Shown here in pieces: positions 46,298 through 55,542 of a stretch of 64,000 nt of DNA (its first letter is position 1; each line of letters starts with the position of its first letter). Below the pieces are notes generated by a model, which worked only from the letters and a program-made list of their open reading frames with translations, had not been told where the DNA came from and did not search any database. Source of the stretch: Candidatus Eiseniibacteriota bacterium (lineage in GTDB: Bacteria > Eisenbacteria > RBG-16-71-46). The stretch is taken from the NCBI GenBank assembly GCA_031370785.1, contig JANMQY010000058.1:78612-142611 (forward strand). Reading direction: 5' to 3'. The translations under genes and the position numbers were made by a program.

Positions 46298-48783
46298 GCC
46301 GCGCGAAGGACGAAGCCGCGCGCGTGCCCGACCCCAGGGTTCCCTCAGGTCGCCAGATGCCCGAAGAGAACCGGCTGACCCCTCCGGTGTGGCCCGGCGG
46401 GCGGACCGCGGCGCCGGGTACGGATTTCTCGGTGATCGGGCGGCGCAACCGGAAGCTCGAAGGTCTGGCCAAGGTCACCGGCCGCGCGGTATTCGCGGAC
46501 GACCTGAGCCTGCCGCGCATGCTGCACGGCAAGCTGCTGCGCAGCATCCACGCGCACGCGCGCATCCGCTCGATCGATCCGAGCGCGGCGCTGGCGATGC
46601 CCGGCGTGCACGCCGTGATCACCGGCCGCGACCTGCCCGCCTGGTTCGGCATCATCCCCTGGACCGAAGACGAGCAGGCGCTGTGCGAGGAGAAGGCCCG
46701 CTACGTGGGGGATGCGATCGCGGCGGTGGCCGCCGACACCGAGCTCGCGGCCGAGGAAGCGCTGCGACTGATCCGCGTCGAATACGAAGTCCTGCCCGCG
46801 GTGACCTCGATCGACGAAGCGCTCGAGCATCCGGAGTGGAAGGTGAACGAGAAGGCGCGCGAGGGGAACATCTCCAAGCACGTTCACCTCGAGTTCGGCG
46901 ACGTGGACGCGCGGATCGCCGACAGCGACGAGGTGATCGAAGGCGAGTACTGGTACGAGGGCTCGACCCACGCGCCGATCGAGCCCCACTGCGCGATCGC
47001 AGACTTCGATGCGACCGGATTCCTCACCCTATACTCGAGCACGCAGGTCGCGCACTACCTGCACCGGGATCTGGCCAGGGTGCTCGGGCTCCCCACCCAG
47101 CGCGTGCGCGTGATCCAGCCGGTGGTCGGCGGCGCGTTCGGCGGCAAGAGCGAGCCGTTCTCGCTCGAGTTCTGCGCGGCCCGGCTCTCGATGGACTTGG
47201 GCCGACCGGTCAAGATCCTCTACACGCGTGAGGAAGTCTTCTACGCGCATCGCGGACGGCACCCGATGCGAATGCGCTATCGCACCGGCATCCGGCGTGA
47301 CGGCACGCTCACAGGGGTGGACGCGAAGATCCACATCGATGGCGGCGCCTACTCCTCGTTCGGCCTCGTGACCACCTACTACTCGGGCCAGTTGCTCAGC
47401 GCCCCTTACAAGATGGAGGCGTACCGCTTCGATTCGACGCGCGTGTTCACCAACAAGCCGTGCTGCGGACCCAAGCGCGGGCATGGCTCGGTGCAGCCGC
47501 GGTTCGCGTTCGAGTGCCAGATCGACAAGCTCGCCGAGGCGGTAGGGCTGGATCCGATCGAGGTGCGGCGGCGCAACTTCATCGGTGAGAATTCGCGCAC
47601 CGTGAACGGCATGCGCGTGACCTCGAACGGATTCCTCGAATGCCTGGAACAGGTGGAGCGCGCCTCCGCCTGGAAGGAGCGCTTCCGGCGCATGCCTTAC
47701 GGCCGTGGAGTCGGCGTCGCCGGCAGCATGTACATCAGCGGCACCAACTACTGCATCTACCCGAACGAGATGCCGCAATCCGGCGTCCAGCTGAAGCTCG
47801 ACCGCAGCGGCCGCGCCACGGTGTTCTGCGGAGCGAGCGACATCGGGCAGGGCGTGGAGTCGGTGCTCGCGTACATCGTGGCCGAGGAGCTGGGCCTGAC
47901 CCTGGGAGACATCCGCGTGGTCGCGGCCGACACCGACCTGACCCCGGTGGACCTGGGCTCGTATTCGAGCCGCGAGACTTTCATGGTCGGCAACGCCTGC
48001 CTCGATGCCGCGCGCCGCCTGCGCGGGCTGGTGGTCGGGACGCTGGCCGAGGCATGGGGCTGCGCACCCGCGGAGGTGAAGCTCGCCGGCGGCATCGCGA
48101 GCACCGCGCGCGACGCGGAGCGCGAGCGCATGAGCGTGAAGGAGGCGTTCCAGCGCACCGAGGCGCGCCATGGGACGCTGGGATCGGTGGGCTGGTACCA
48201 GACGCCCAGGCTCGGGGGCGACTATCGCGGCGGCACCATCGGGGCATCCCCGGCCTACTCGTTCACCGCCCACGTCGCCGAAGTCGATTGCGATCCCGAG
48301 ACTGGTTTCATTCAGGTCAAGAAGATCTGGGTGGCGCACGACTGCGGCCGTGCACTCAATCCGGTCGCGGTCGAGGGCCAGATGGAGGGCAGCGCCTACA
48401 TGGGCTTCGCCGAGGCGCTGTTCGAAGAGCAGGTCTTCAAGCCCGCCACCGCGGCACATGGCGCGGGGCTTCATCACGGTCCCTCGCTGCTCGACTATCG
48501 CATTCCAACCTCGCTCGACACGCCGGAGCTGGAGTCGCTCATCGTCGAGTCGGTGGATCCCGAGGGGCCCTACGGCGCGAAGGAGGCGGGAGAGGGGCCG
48601 CTCCATCCGAGCGTGCCCGCGATCGCGAACGCCATCTACGACGCGCTCGGAATCCGCTGCGACCGGCTTCCGTTCAGCCCCCCTCACGTGCTGCGCCTGC
48701 TCCGTGCCGGCGACGCGCGTGCGGTCTGGCAGAAGGCGCGCGGCCAGCGATCAGGCCACGTCCCGGCCGGCGCGAGAGGGTAG
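46294..48783 (+). CDS. Molybdenum hydroxylase large subunit, molybdopterin-binding (CoxL / xanthine dehydrogenase family)
   Basis: The 829-aa protein has aldehyde oxidase/xanthine dehydrogenase a/b-hammerhead and MPT-binding domains. The start overlaps the small-subunit stop as ATGA. Confidence 0.9.
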   Translation: MSRAKDEAARVPDPRVPSGRQMPEENRLTPPVWPGGRTAAPGTDFSVIGRRNRKLEGLAKVTGRAVFADDLSLPRMLHGKLLRSIHAHARIRSIDPSAALAMPGVHAVITGRDLPAWFGIIPWTEDEQALCEEKARYVGDAIAAVAADTELAAEEALRLIRVEYEVLPAVTSIDEALEHPEWKVNEKAREGNISKHVHLEFGDVDARIADSDEVIEGEYWYEGSTHAPIEPHCAIADFDATGFLTLYSSTQVAHYLHRDLARVLGLPTQRVRVIQPVVGGAFGGKSEPFSLEFCAARLSMDLGRPVKILYTREEVFYAHRGRHPMRMRYRTGIRRDGTLTGVDAKIHIDGGAYSSFGLVTTYYSGQLLSAPYKMEAYRFDSTRVFTNKPCCGPKRGHGSVQPRFAFECQIDKLAEAVGLDPIEVRRRNFIGENSRTVNGMRVTSNGFLECLEQVERASAWKERFRRMPYGRGVGVAGSMYISGTNYCIYPNEMPQSGVQLKLDRSGRATVFCGASDIGQGVESVLAYIVAEELGLTLGDIRVVAADTDLTPVDLGSYSSRETFMVGNACLDAARRLRGLVVGTLAEAWGCAPAEVKLAGGIASTARDAERERMSVKEAFQRTEARHGTLGSVGWYQTPRLGGDYRGGTIGASPAYSFTAHVAEVDCDPETGFIQVKKIWVAHDCGRALNPVAVEGQMEGSAYMGFAEALFEEQVFKPATAAHGAGLHHGPSLLDYRIPTSLDTPELESLIVESVDPEGPYGAKEAGEGPLHPSVPAIANAIYDALGIRCDRLPFSPPHVLRLLRAGDARAVWQKARGQRSGHVPAGARG

Positions 48784-48789
48784 GGCGCC

Positions 48790-49782
48790 ATGCTGACCCT
48801 CCCCGCATTCGAGTGGGTCCGGCCCCGGACGCTGGAAGAGGCGCTCGAGTTCCTGGCCGCGCATGCTGGCCAGTGTCTGATCGTGGCCGGAGGCACGGAT
48901 GCCGTTCCGAACCTCAAGCATCGTCTCCACGATCCCGCCTACGTCGTGCACCTTTCGGGAATCCGCGAGCTGGCGTTCGTGCGCGAGAGCGCCGATGGGC
49001 TGGAGCTCGGCCCGCTGGTGACGTTGACCGCGCTCTCGGGCGATGCGCGGGTGCGGCGCGACTACCCATCGCTCGCTCGCGCGGCCTCGCTGGTCGCCTC
49101 CCCCCAGATCCGCAACATGGGCACGCTCGGCGGGAACCTTTGCCTGGACACCCGCTGCACCTACTACAACCAGACCTTCTTCTGGCGTGAGGCGCTCGGG
49201 TTCTGCCTCAAGAAGGAGGGCACGGTCTGCCACGTCGTGCCACAGGGCAGGCGCTGCGTCGCGGCGCACTCCTCGGACGTGGCTCCGGTGCTGATCTCGC
49301 TCGGCGCCTCGGTCGAGATCGCGCGCTCAGGCGGGAGGAGAAGCATCAGCCTCGATGAGTTCTTCGTGGGAGACGGCATCCACAACAACGTGCTCGAGCC
49401 GGGCGAGATGATCGTGCGCGTGAGCGTGCCGGCGCGCGCGCGCGGACTGCGCGTCGGCTATCAGAAGCTTCGTCCGCGCGCGGCGATCGACTTTCCCATG
49501 CTGTCGGTGGCGTTCACTGCGAGGGTGGACGGAGCGCGCTGCGAGGAGGCCCGGCTGGTGGTGAGCGCGCTCGGAGCCAAGCCGCGTGTCATCGGCGGGG
49601 TGGATGCGCTGGTCAAGGGCCAACCGCTGGACGAGGCGCTGGCCGAGAGTCTCGCGCAGGTGGCCTATCGCCAGTGCCGTCCGCTCACCAACGTGGCCTA
49701 CGACGACGACTGGCGTCACGAGATGGTCCCGGTCTTCGTACGACGCGCGGTGCGCGACGCGATCGCGGGCGGAGTGTCGTGA
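48790..49782 (+). CDS. Molybdenum hydroxylase medium subunit, FAD-binding (CoxM-like)
   Basis: It has an FAD-binding PCMH domain (AGGTDAVPNLK, GTLGGNL). Confidence 0.88.
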   Translation: MLTLPAFEWVRPRTLEEALEFLAAHAGQCLIVAGGTDAVPNLKHRLHDPAYVVHLSGIRELAFVRESADGLELGPLVTLTALSGDARVRRDYPSLARAASLVASPQIRNMGTLGGNLCLDTRCTYYNQTFFWREALGFCLKKEGTVCHVVPQGRRCVAAHSSDVAPVLISLGASVEIARSGGRRSISLDEFFVGDGIHNNVLEPGEMIVRVSVPARARGLRVGYQKLRPRAAIDFPMLSVAFTARVDGARCEEARLVVSALGAKPRVIGGVDALVKGQPLDEALAESLAQVAYRQCRPLTNVAYDDDWRHEMVPVFVRRAVRDAIAGGVS

Positions 49783-50759
49783 GCGGCCCCGACCGCGAAT
49801 TCGAGGGCCCGGAGCCTGGCTCTGGAGACGCTGGCGCTCCGCGTCCCGACAAGCCCGGCCCGACGCGCGATGCCGACGTATGGAACGCGCTCGAACGTTG
49901 GCGCGTCGAGCGGCGGCGCTTCGTGATGGCCACGGTCACCGCCGCGCGCGGGTTCACCCCGCGCAAGCCGGGAGCGCACATGCTCATCGGGGAGGCGGGA
50001 GCGAGCGTGGGCACAATCGGCGGCGGCGCGATCGAACAGGCGGTGCGCAACGAGGCGGCGGCTCTCCTGCTGCGCGGCGGGACTTCCGAGGTGAGCCGCC
50101 ACCTCACGCAGGAGCTGGGCATGTGCTGCGGCGGTGAGATGACCGTGTTCCTCGAGGTGGTCGAACCGGAGCCCCGCCTGTGGCTGTTCGGCGCCGGGTA
50201 CATCGCCAAGCCACTCGCCGCGATCGCCGCGGGCTGCGGATTCGAGGTGACGGTGGTGGACGCGCGCGCCGACTGGGCGAATCCCGAGCGATTCCCGACC
50301 TCGGCGCTGCGCGTGCAGGCGCCCGACGATGCGCTCGCGAGCCTTCCGATCGAAGAGGCCGACTACGCGGTGGTGGTCACGCACGATCACGCGCTGGATC
50401 AGCGGCTGGTGCAGGGTCTGCTGCCGCGCCGGCTGCGCTTCACCGGCATGATCGGAAGCATCCCGAAGCAACGGAAGTTCGCGCTGCGCCTGCGCGCGCG
50501 TGGGTTTTCCGATGCGGACATCGCGCGGCTGCGCACTCCGCTCGGGCTCGCGATCGGCGCGCAGACCCCCGAGGAGATCGCGGTCAGCGTGATGGCCGAG
50601 ATCGTCGCCGCGCGTCGCGGCGCCGAAGCGTCGGCCGGCTGGACGCCACCGTTGCCACGCGCGGCACGCGAAGCGGACTTGTCCGCGTTGGACACCGACG
50701 CGGAATCCGCTTCAGACACCGATGCCACTTCGGCCCCCACGGAAGGGAGCACTCGATGA
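49779..50759 (+). CDS. xdhC: XdhC/CoxI-family molybdenum-cofactor insertion accessory protein
   Basis: It has the XdhC N-terminal domain and a Rossmann-like domain. The GTG start overlaps the previous stop as GTGA. Confidence 0.85.
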   Translation: MSGPDREFEGPEPGSGDAGAPRPDKPGPTRDADVWNALERWRVERRRFVMATVTAARGFTPRKPGAHMLIGEAGASVGTIGGGAIEQAVRNEAAALLLRGGTSEVSRHLTQELGMCCGGEMTVFLEVVEPEPRLWLFGAGYIAKPLAAIAAGCGFEVTVVDARADWANPERFPTSALRVQAPDDALASLPIEEADYAVVVTHDHALDQRLVQGLLPRRLRFTGMIGSIPKQRKFALRLRARGFSDADIARLRTPLGLAIGAQTPEEIAVSVMAEIVAARRGAEASAGWTPPLPRAAREADLSALDTDAESASDTDATSAPTEGSTR

Positions 50760-51424
50760 TTGCGGGCGTGCTGCTGGCGGCGGGAGCTTCGACGCGCATG
50801 GGGAAGGACAAGGCGCTGGTGCGCGCGGGCCGCTCGTCGTTCCTGGTGCACGGCGTGCGCCACCTATGGGTGGCATGCGGCAGCGTGATCGTCGTGCTCG
50901 GCGCGAATGCGGCCGAGATCCGCCGCCGCGCCGAGAGCGAGTTCGAGGCGCTGGTCGAGGCTGGAGCGCTGCGCGAAGACCTGCAGTACGCCCACCGCCA
51001 TGGGGCGGGCGGGCTCGAGGTGCACTTCGTGGTCAACACGCGCTGGAAGCGCGGCATGTACTCCTCGGTGCGTCTCGGGCTGCGCGAGGCCCTGGCGCTG
51101 GAGCCGGCCGGCGTGATGGTGCTCCCGGTGGACCATCCGGACGTGAAGCCCGTGACCGTGGCGAGTATCGCGCAGGTGATGCTGCAGGCGATTGTCGCGT
51201 GTCGCGCAAAAGAGCGCGCGGCGTTCTCCTACGCGCTGGTGCCGCGCCACGCGCGGCGCCGCGGCCACCCGCTCGCGCTTTCCCCGGCGCTCGCCCACGC
51301 GATCGCGGGCGATGACGGGGCCGAGGATCTGAGCGATTCGGTGCGGCGCCACGCGCGCCTCGTCGGCTACCTCGACGTGTCCGACCCCGGCGTGGTGCGC
51401 AACCACAACACGCCGCGCCGCTGA
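50756..51424 (+). CDS. mocA: MobA-like NTP transferase (molybdenum cofactor cytidylyltransferase MocA-like)
   Basis: The N-terminal motif LLAAGASTRMG resembles MobA/MocA. The start overlaps the previous stop as ATGA. Confidence 0.8.
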   Translation: MIAGVLLAAGASTRMGKDKALVRAGRSSFLVHGVRHLWVACGSVIVVLGANAAEIRRRAESEFEALVEAGALREDLQYAHRHGAGGLEVHFVVNTRWKRGMYSSVRLGLREALALEPAGVMVLPVDHPDVKPVTVASIAQVMLQAIVACRAKERAAFSYALVPRHARRRGHPLALSPALAHAIAGDDGAEDLSDSVRRHARLVGYLDVSDPGVVRNHNTPRR

Positions 51425-51476
51425 AGGCGCAGCGGCGGATCGCAACGTCTCCTCCACGCGCGCCTCGGTGCGTCGA

Positions 51477-51845
51477 TCAGATTCCTTGGGCGCGACGCCC
51501 CACGCACCACAGAGCGTGGCCGCGCTGCTCGAGCGCGAGCGGGGTCAGGCGGCTGCCGACGCACGGGCCTTCCACGCATTCGCCGCTGTCCGGCCGGTAG
51601 CGCGCGCCGTGGTGACAGCACACCAGAGCGTCGAACTCCTCGTCGAAGAAGTGCGCGTCTCCGAAGTCGAGAGGCAGCAGCTGGTGGCGGCAGCGGTTCA
51701 CGTAGGCATGCCACGCTCCGTGCCAGCGTACCGCGAGCGCCGGGACCTCGATCCCATCGAGCGTGATCCGGAACGCAACTCCCGCGCCCTCGCCGTGACG
51801 GCGCACATCCGCGGTCACGGCCACATCCCTCGGCTCCTCACTCAT
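51477..51845 (-). CDS. Rieske [2Fe-2S] domain protein (about 122 aa)
   Basis: It has the CxH (CRHQ) and CxxH (CCHHG) Rieske ligand boxes. Confidence 0.7.
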   Translation of the reverse strand: MSEEPRDVAVTADVRRHGEGAGVAFRITLDGIEVPALAVRWHGAWHAYVNRCRHQLLPLDFGDAHFFDEEFDALVCCHHGARYRPDSGECVEGPCVGSRLTPLALEQRGHALWCVGRRAQGI

Positions 51846-51962
51846 GAGCTTTCTCCATCGTGATCCGGCCGTCGAGCCAAGGAGTATACGCGAGGGTGGC
51901 GGCGCGGCCGGCGTTTCTGTCACAATCGCCGCTCGTCCTCAAGCGCATCCCCTGGAGCCTTC

Positions 51963-52505
51963 ATGAAGCGACCGCTCATCGCCGTGTTCGGCAGCAGCAC
52001 GCTGGTCGAATCCGATTCCGCATACGTGTTGAGCCGCGCGCTCGGGCGCGAGCTGGCGCTGGCCGGCGCCGACGTGATGACCGGTGGATACGGCGGCGCG
52101 ATGGCGGCCTGCTCGCGCGGCTGCCGGGAGGGTGGGGGCCACGTGGTCGGCGTCACGGTCGAGTTGTTCGAAAAGCGCGGGCCCGCCAATCCCTGGGTTC
52201 TCGAGCGCGTCCATACCCCGGATCTGTTCGAGCGCCTGCGCACCATCGTGGATCGCGCCGACGGATTCGTCGCCGTGCCGGGCAGCATCGGCACGCTGAC
52301 CGAGGTCTTCCTGGTCTGGACCCTGCTCAGCGTCGAGGGACGCGCGCCGGCGCCGCTGGTCCTGCTCGGCGCGCACTGGAACGCATGGCTGGAAGCCCAT
52401 CGCCACCCCGACCTGGTGCGCCCCGATCTGTTCCGCTGGGTGCGCACCAGCGCAGACCCGGCCGAGGCCGCGAAGCTGGTCCTCGATCCGGTCGCCGCCC
52501 GATGA
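51963..52505 (+). CDS. LOG-family protein (cytokinin riboside 5'-monophosphate phosphoribohydrolase-like; TIGR00730)
   Basis: The PGGxGTxxE motif is present (VPGSIGTLTE). Confidence 0.85.
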   Translation: MKRPLIAVFGSSTLVESDSAYVLSRALGRELALAGADVMTGGYGGAMAACSRGCREGGGHVVGVTVELFEKRGPANPWVLERVHTPDLFERLRTIVDRADGFVAVPGSIGTLTEVFLVWTLLSVEGRAPAPLVLLGAHWNAWLEAHRHPDLVRPDLFRWVRTSADPAEAAKLVLDPVAAR

Positions 52506-53692
52506 GCCCGGCCTCGACGTCGTCCGCTCACGATCCGCTGATCGACTGGCGCCGCGAGTTCCCGACCGCCGAATCCACCCTGCACTTCATCTCGCATTCG
52601 CTCGGCGCGATGCCGCGTACCGTGGACGCGGCGCTGGCGCACTACGCTCAGACCTGGAAGACGCGAGGCATCCGGGCATGGGAAGAGGAGTGGTTCCAGC
52701 TGCCGACCGAGGTGGGTGACGTTCTGGCTTCGATCCTCAATGCAGCCGCGGGGTCGGTCTCGATGTTCGAGAACGAGACCATGGCCCAGGCGGTGGCTCT
52801 GTCCGCGATCGATTTCAGCGGCTCCCGCAACCGGGTGGTGTGCACGGTCGAGGATTTCCCTTCGGAGCTGTATCTGTACGAGGGACTCGCGCGCCGGGGC
52901 GCTGAGATCGTGCGGGTGCGCTCGCGCAAGGGCCGGCGCATGGAGGAGGCGGACATTCTCGCCGCGATTGACGAGCGCACCGCGGTGGTCGCGATCTCGC
53001 ACACGCTGTTCCGGACCGCTCAGGTGCTCGATGCCGCTCCGATCGTCGCGTGTGCACGCGAGGCCGGCGCGTGGACCCTGCTGGATGCCTACCAGAGCGC
53101 CGGCACGGTCCCGGTCGACGCTGAGGCCATCGGCGCGGATTTCATCGCCGGAGGCTCGGTGAAATGGCTGTGCGGAGGTCCGGGTGCGGGCTGGCTCTAC
53201 GCGAATCCGAAAACGACCGCCGCGCTCGAGCCCGCGATCACCGGCTGGATGGCGCACCAGAATCCATTCGCGTTCGACCCGGGCCCGATTCGCCGCGACC
53301 CGGGCCCGCGCCGGTTCTGGACCGGCACTCCGGCGGTGCCGGCGTTCATGGCCGCGCGCTGCGGATACGACGTGATCGCCCGCATCGGCGTGCCTCCGAT
53401 CCGGACGAAGTCGCTGCGCCTCACCGGGCGCATGCTCGCGCTGGCCGACGAGTACGGCTTCGCGGTCAGCTCGGAGAGAGACTCGGGGAAGCGCGGCGGC
53501 ACGGTATGCCTCGACGTTCCGCATGCCGAAGCGGTGTGCGCCGACCTGCTGGCGAGCGACGTGCTGCTCGACTACCGGCCCGGAGTCGGGCTGCGACTTG
53601 CGCCACATTTCTACACCCGGGACGACGAAGTGGACGAGGTGATGCGCCGGGTGCGCGAGTCGGTGCGGCGCCACGAGAGCGCGGGGCGCTGA
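52502..53692 (+). CDS. Aminotransferase class V-fold PLP enzyme (kynureninase-like)
   Basis: A 396-aa PLP-fold protein. The start overlaps the LOG stop as ATGA. Confidence 0.7.
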   Translation: MSPASTSSAHDPLIDWRREFPTAESTLHFISHSLGAMPRTVDAALAHYAQTWKTRGIRAWEEEWFQLPTEVGDVLASILNAAAGSVSMFENETMAQAVALSAIDFSGSRNRVVCTVEDFPSELYLYEGLARRGAEIVRVRSRKGRRMEEADILAAIDERTAVVAISHTLFRTAQVLDAAPIVACAREAGAWTLLDAYQSAGTVPVDAEAIGADFIAGGSVKWLCGGPGAGWLYANPKTTAALEPAITGWMAHQNPFAFDPGPIRRDPGPRRFWTGTPAVPAFMAARCGYDVIARIGVPPIRTKSLRLTGRMLALADEYGFAVSSERDSGKRGGTVCLDVPHAEAVCADLLASDVLLDYRPGVGLRLAPHFYTRDDEVDEVMRRVRESVRRHESAGR

Positions 53693-53698
53693 GCGGCC

Positions 53699-54115
53699 AT
53701 GTTCCTCGTTCTGCTGGCGCTCACGCTTGGGGTCTCCCTGCTCACCGCGGGCCTGGTGGTCCTGCTCTTCCGTCGCCCGATCGGACAGATCCTCGATCGC
53801 ATCGTCGGCGAATCCATCGCCGGCGCGTGGCAGCGCTATCTGGTGTTCGCGCTGTTCGTGGTCGGAGTGTCGGCGGGCGCGCAGATCTGGAAGCTCGAGC
53901 AGTACGTGCACCCCGAGCAGGTCGGCCCTAACGGCGCCGTGCGCACGCTCACCCTCGACACCGCTTCGCTCGCGCTCGAGGTGTACCGCACGATCATCCA
54001 GGTGCTGCAGGGCATGGCCTGGGCGCTGCTCGTGTTCTTCGCGGTCGCGCTGATCGCGTTCGCGGTCGTGCGCCGCGCCGAGACTCGCAACGCCCCGCCG
54101 GCGGCAAGGGACTGA
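53699..54115 (+). CDS. Hypothetical membrane protein (about 3 TM)
   Basis: It has hydrophobic helices. No homology was recognised. Confidence 0.5.
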   Translation: MFLVLLALTLGVSLLTAGLVVLLFRRPIGQILDRIVGESIAGAWQRYLVFALFVVGVSAGAQIWKLEQYVHPEQVGPNGAVRTLTLDTASLALEVYRTIIQVLQGMAWALLVFFAVALIAFAVVRRAETRNAPPAARD

Positions 54116-54375
54116 CCGCGTCCCGCTCTGCGCCGGGCCAGATTCTTGCCGCAGCCCGGCGGCTTCCACAAACTCTCCGACCACAACGATCTCTCGGTGA
54201 AGCCGGCGATGGCCGGCTGCAACCGGCTGTCGAATGAACGCTTGAGCGTGCGGACAGAAGACGGCGGTCTCGCGCGTCGAGCCGGTGGCAGGCTTGATGC
54301 GACATGCGCTCTTGAGGCTCGCCCGGTCGGGCAATGTCCGGATGACGTCTTCGTGACGGCGAACCAGCGGAGGAT

Positions 54376-54627
54376 ATGGTGGAGAGCAGGTACGCGGTCT
54401 CATGGGAGCGCGCGAATGGCGAGAAAGTCGCCATCGAGAGGATGGCGCACGTCGAGCTCGAAGTGGCGCTGCATCTTCTCGAACGCGACGTGTCGACCGA
54501 CCCGGTCGCTGATGCGCTGCGCGACGCGATCTCTCAGGAGCTGATGCGACGCCAGGCGCGGATCATCGCGCTCCCGCTGCCTCCGCCGCGGGCCGATGAG
54601 GGCGATGGAGAGCGCCGCGCAGCCTGA
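54376..54627 (+). CDS. Small hypothetical protein, paralog 1 (83 aa)
   Basis: A GGAGGA RBS 4 nt upstream of the ATG. It is followed by its own intrinsic terminator and is paralogous to the ORF at 54993. Confidence 0.55.
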   Translation: MVESRYAVSWERANGEKVAIERMAHVELEVALHLLERDVSTDPVADALRDAISQELMRRQARIIALPLPPPRADEGDGERRAA

Positions 54628-54650
54628 GATCTCGCATTCCGCGCCTTCCG

Positions 54651-54683
54651 CGCCGCGCCACGACCCAGGTGACGCGGCTTTTT
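54651..54683 (+). terminator. Rho-independent terminator after small paralog 1
   Basis: The stem CGCCGCGCCAC-gacccag-GTGACGCGGC (one mismatch) is followed by TTTTT. Confidence 0.5.
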
Positions 54684-54992
54684 CATGGCCGGGCCCGGGC
54701 AACGGCCGGCCGAAGATCGACCGGACGACGCCGCGGGCGGTGACTGCCCGATGCAGAGAGCAGCTCCCGTAAGTTGCGAGGTACCGGACAGAACTCGCAT
54801 GCGGTCAATCGGTTTGCCACACGCCTTCGCGACGAGTCCGCGCGTCCACCGGGCCTTTGGCAAGGAAGATGCGATGCACTTCGCCCGGAGTTGCCCGGGT
54901 GAACGCAGGGAGAAACGCGCTTCCGCCTGCTCGAGCGACCCGCACGCCGGAGATTCGGCCCCGAAACACAACATGTAGCTGGAGGATCAGCC

Positions 54993-55241
54993 ATGGTCAG
55001 CAGGTATCCGGTGCAGTGGACGCGGGCCGACGGCTCGTGCATTCCCATCGAGCTTCTGAATTTCCCCGAGCTGGTCGCGGCGCATCAGGTCCTCGAAGCC
55101 GAGAACATGGATGACCCGACGTCGCTCGTGCTGCTGGACGCAATCGAATCCGAGCTGATCCTGCGCTGGACGCAGAAGACCCGCGGCGCGCAGGAATCCG
55201 AGACCTATGTCCCGAAGAACTTCCTGAATCGGGCAGCCTGA
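54993..55241 (+). CDS. Small hypothetical protein, paralog 2 (82 aa)
   Basis: A GGAGGA RBS 7 nt upstream of the ATG. It shares about 35% identity with paralog 1 (MVxSRYxVxWxRAxG..IE..EL..DP..LxDAIxxEL..RAA). Confidence 0.55.
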   Translation: MVSRYPVQWTRADGSCIPIELLNFPELVAAHQVLEAENMDDPTSLVLLDAIESELILRWTQKTRGAQESETYVPKNFLNRAA

Positions 55242-55341
55242 CGCCTCGCCGCTCCTTCCCTCTAGTTTCCGGGGAACCGAAGCGAAGACGAGGCGAAGTT
55301 CTCCTGAAGCCCAGCGACTTCAGGAAGCGGCGGCGGTGTCA

Positions 55342-55357
55342 GACGCATGGATGCGTC
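55342..55357. repeat. Perfect 7-2-7 inverted repeat GACGCATggATGCGTC within a longer GC stem, upstream of thyX
   Basis: It is seen directly in the sequence. It is flanked by GGCGGCGG .. CCGCCGCC, and a second 7-bp stem (CCCGCAA-N9-TTGCGGG) follows at about 55380-55402. Confidence 0.5.
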
Positions 55358-55542
55358 CGGCGCCGCCGTTCGCATGACCCCCGCAATCTGATATGTTGCG
55401 GGCGTGATGCGATCCGCTCCGGCCCACGCCGAAGACGGCACTCGCGCTCTCAACGAACGTACAGCGACGCGTCTCTCGAGCGGCGCCGTCCCGGCACCTC
55501 ATGGAAGCGCGCGGCGTCCGACGCCGGGCGGGGGAGAGTTCT

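Noticed and set aside
45730-48783. Single 1017-aa ORF spanning the Mo-hydroxylase small and large subunits
   Set aside because: The N-terminal part of that frame is non-coding-like. The real genes are a small subunit in another frame (45782-46297) and a large subunit starting at the internal ATG 46294 (ATGA overlap).
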